Shown piece by piece: positions 59,773 through 60,915 of a stretch of 60,915 bases of DNA; position 1 is the first letter of the stretch, and every line of letters starts with the position of its first letter. The translations under genes were made by a program, and so were the position numbers. Source of the DNA: Acidimicrobiales bacterium (GTDB taxonomy: Bacteria > Actinomycetota > Acidimicrobiia > Acidimicrobiales > JACCXE01); the NCBI GenBank assembly GCA_035536375.1, contig DATLOH010000062.1, forward strand, positions 1 through 60,915, given 5' to 3'. Below the pieces are notes generated by a model. The model made no database searches and was not told the origin of the DNA. It worked only from the letters and a program-made list of their open reading frames with translations.

Positions 59773-60621
59773 GTGAGCCTGTCGGGATCCGCGCAGGTCT
59801 CGATCGGCATCCTCGGCGGCTCCGGGTTCTACGAACTCACGGAGTCGGCCGCGACTCTCGACATCGACACGCCCTTCGGTGCGCCGTCGGCACCGGTGAC
59901 GATCGCCGCGCTGGGCGGAACCGACGTCGCGTTCCTGCCGCGACACGGCGTCGACCACACGATCCCGCCGCACCGGATCAACGTGCGGGCGAACCTGTGG
60001 GCGTTGCACTCGCTCGGCGTCCGGCGGCTGTTCTCTCCGTGCGCGGTCGGGTCGCTCCGACCAGACCGTCACCCCGGGGACATGGTGATCGTCGACCAGC
60101 TGGTCGACCGAACCTGGGGCCGGCCGGACACCTATTTCGACGGGCCCGAACTCCACCATTCAGTGTTCGCCGATCCGTACTGCCCGGCCCTTCGGACGAT
60201 CGCGTTGGAGGCGGGACGAGCCGAGGCTGTGGCGGTACACGACGGCGGCACCGTCGTGGTGGTGAACGGTCCTCGTTTCTCGACGCGCGCTGAGAGTCGT
60301 TGGTTCCGGTCGCAGGGCTGGGACGTCATCAACATGACGCAATACCCGGAGGCTGCGCTCGCCCGCGAGCTGGGCATGTGCTTCGCGGGAATCGCGCTCG
60401 TGACCGACTACGACACCGGCGCGGGTCCGGAGGCTGAGGGCGACGCTGTCTCGATGGAGACCGTCTTCGCCATCCTGGCCGACAACATCGCGCGGGTACG
60501 GGGCGTCCTGGCACGCGCCGTCGCGTCGTTGCACAACCAGCGGGACATCCTGACGTGCGAGTGCGCGGCGGCCGGCGGCCGGCTGCCTCCGGGCCTTTCG
60601 CTGCCGGCCTCCCCGCCGTAG
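59773..60621 (+). CDS. mtnP: S-methyl-5'-thioadenosine phosphorylase
   Basis: GILGGSGFY, FLPRHG..H.IPPHRINVRANLWAL, NGPRFSTRAES, INMTQYPEAALARE, ALVTDYD. Confidence 0.9.
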   Translation: MSLSGSAQVSIGILGGSGFYELTESAATLDIDTPFGAPSAPVTIAALGGTDVAFLPRHGVDHTIPPHRINVRANLWALHSLGVRRLFSPCAVGSLRPDRHPGDMVIVDQLVDRTWGRPDTYFDGPELHHSVFADPYCPALRTIALEAGRAEAVAVHDGGTVVVVNGPRFSTRAESRWFRSQGWDVINMTQYPEAALARELGMCFAGIALVTDYDTGAGPEAEGDAVSMETVFAILADNIARVRGVLARAVASLHNQRDILTCECAAAGGRLPPGLSLPASPP

Positions 60622-60689
60622 CATCGGGCCCGCTCTTCCCCGTCGTCTGATCGCTTGGGCGCCCTTACGCGCTCGAAGTGGGGTGAACG

Positions 60690-60915
60690 ATGGGGACAGG
60701 ATCGATCCGGCGGCGGGCCCGCAGCGCACGCGCGTGGCGGCTCGTGCGGCGCTCACCGCTGCTGTGGTGGACCGCCGCGGCGGTGCTCGGTGCACTTACT
60801 GCGATGGTCATTGCGCAGTCGGTCGGACGCGCACAGGCCGAGTCCGCCCGATGGGGCGCCACGCAGCCGGTGTGGGTTATGCGCCGTGCCGTGCCCGCGG
60901 GCGTACCGCTCGCCG
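60690..60915 (+). CDS. partial (3' end outside window) membrane-anchored protein, SAF/CpaB-like N-terminus
   Basis: Open frame from ATG 60690 to the window end: MGTGSIRRRARSARAWRLVRRSPLLWWTAAAVLGALTAMVIAQSV...PVWVMRRAVPAGVPLA. Not in the ORF track because no stop is reached. Confidence 0.45.
   Translation, partial: MGTGSIRRRARSARAWRLVRRSPLLWWTAAAVLGALTAMVIAQSVGRAQAESARWGATQPVWVMRRAVPAGVPLA

Overview
Very GC-rich chromosomal segment (third codon positions almost always G/C), most likely from an actinobacterium. Support for that placement: two mycothiol-type MDMPI/DinB proteins, an F420-type LLM oxidoreductase, gluABCD in the Corynebacterium gene order, a galU-moeA neighbourhood, and a CIRCE operator in front of an FmdB/Ruc-like gene. 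I call about 60 protein genes, mostly housekeeping or metabolic: cysS, valS, cspA, dps, moaA/moaC/moeA, galU, plsY, mtnP, nagA, gluABCD, two acyl-CoA dehydrogenases, a DEAD-box helicase, and several oxidoreductases and transporters. There is one tRNA-Ala(CGC). I see no rRNA, CRISPR array, transposase or integrase; the only mobile-type gene is a truncated HNH endonuclease at the left edge. I found no recognisable defence or secretion system. The candidates I rank highest for novelty are: (1) a pair of signal-peptide/TM proteins sharing an unrecognised 21-22 aa Pro/Gly motif (three copies), directly downstream of a cyclase-STAND-TPR protein (50427-54264); (2) a translationally coupled operon of Hanks kinase, lipoprotein, MEDS-STAS and MEDS-RsbW-like kinase with no sigma factor nearby (13239-16754); (3) a 484-bp convergent intergenic region holding a 31-bp-phased inverted array of a CACGTG-containing 15-mer plus a 20-bp minisatellite (43124-43608). 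Other points worth a second look: two apparently disrupted genes (a frameshifted DUF1697 gene and an L,D-transpeptidase split by an in-frame TAG); a moaA whose only canonical start lies 133 nt inside moeA; a 21-bp cysS/valS divergent spacer with overlapping -10-like hexamers; and an ECF sigma factor fused to its own anti-sigma module. All domain calls come from reading the translated ORFs by eye. No database search was run.
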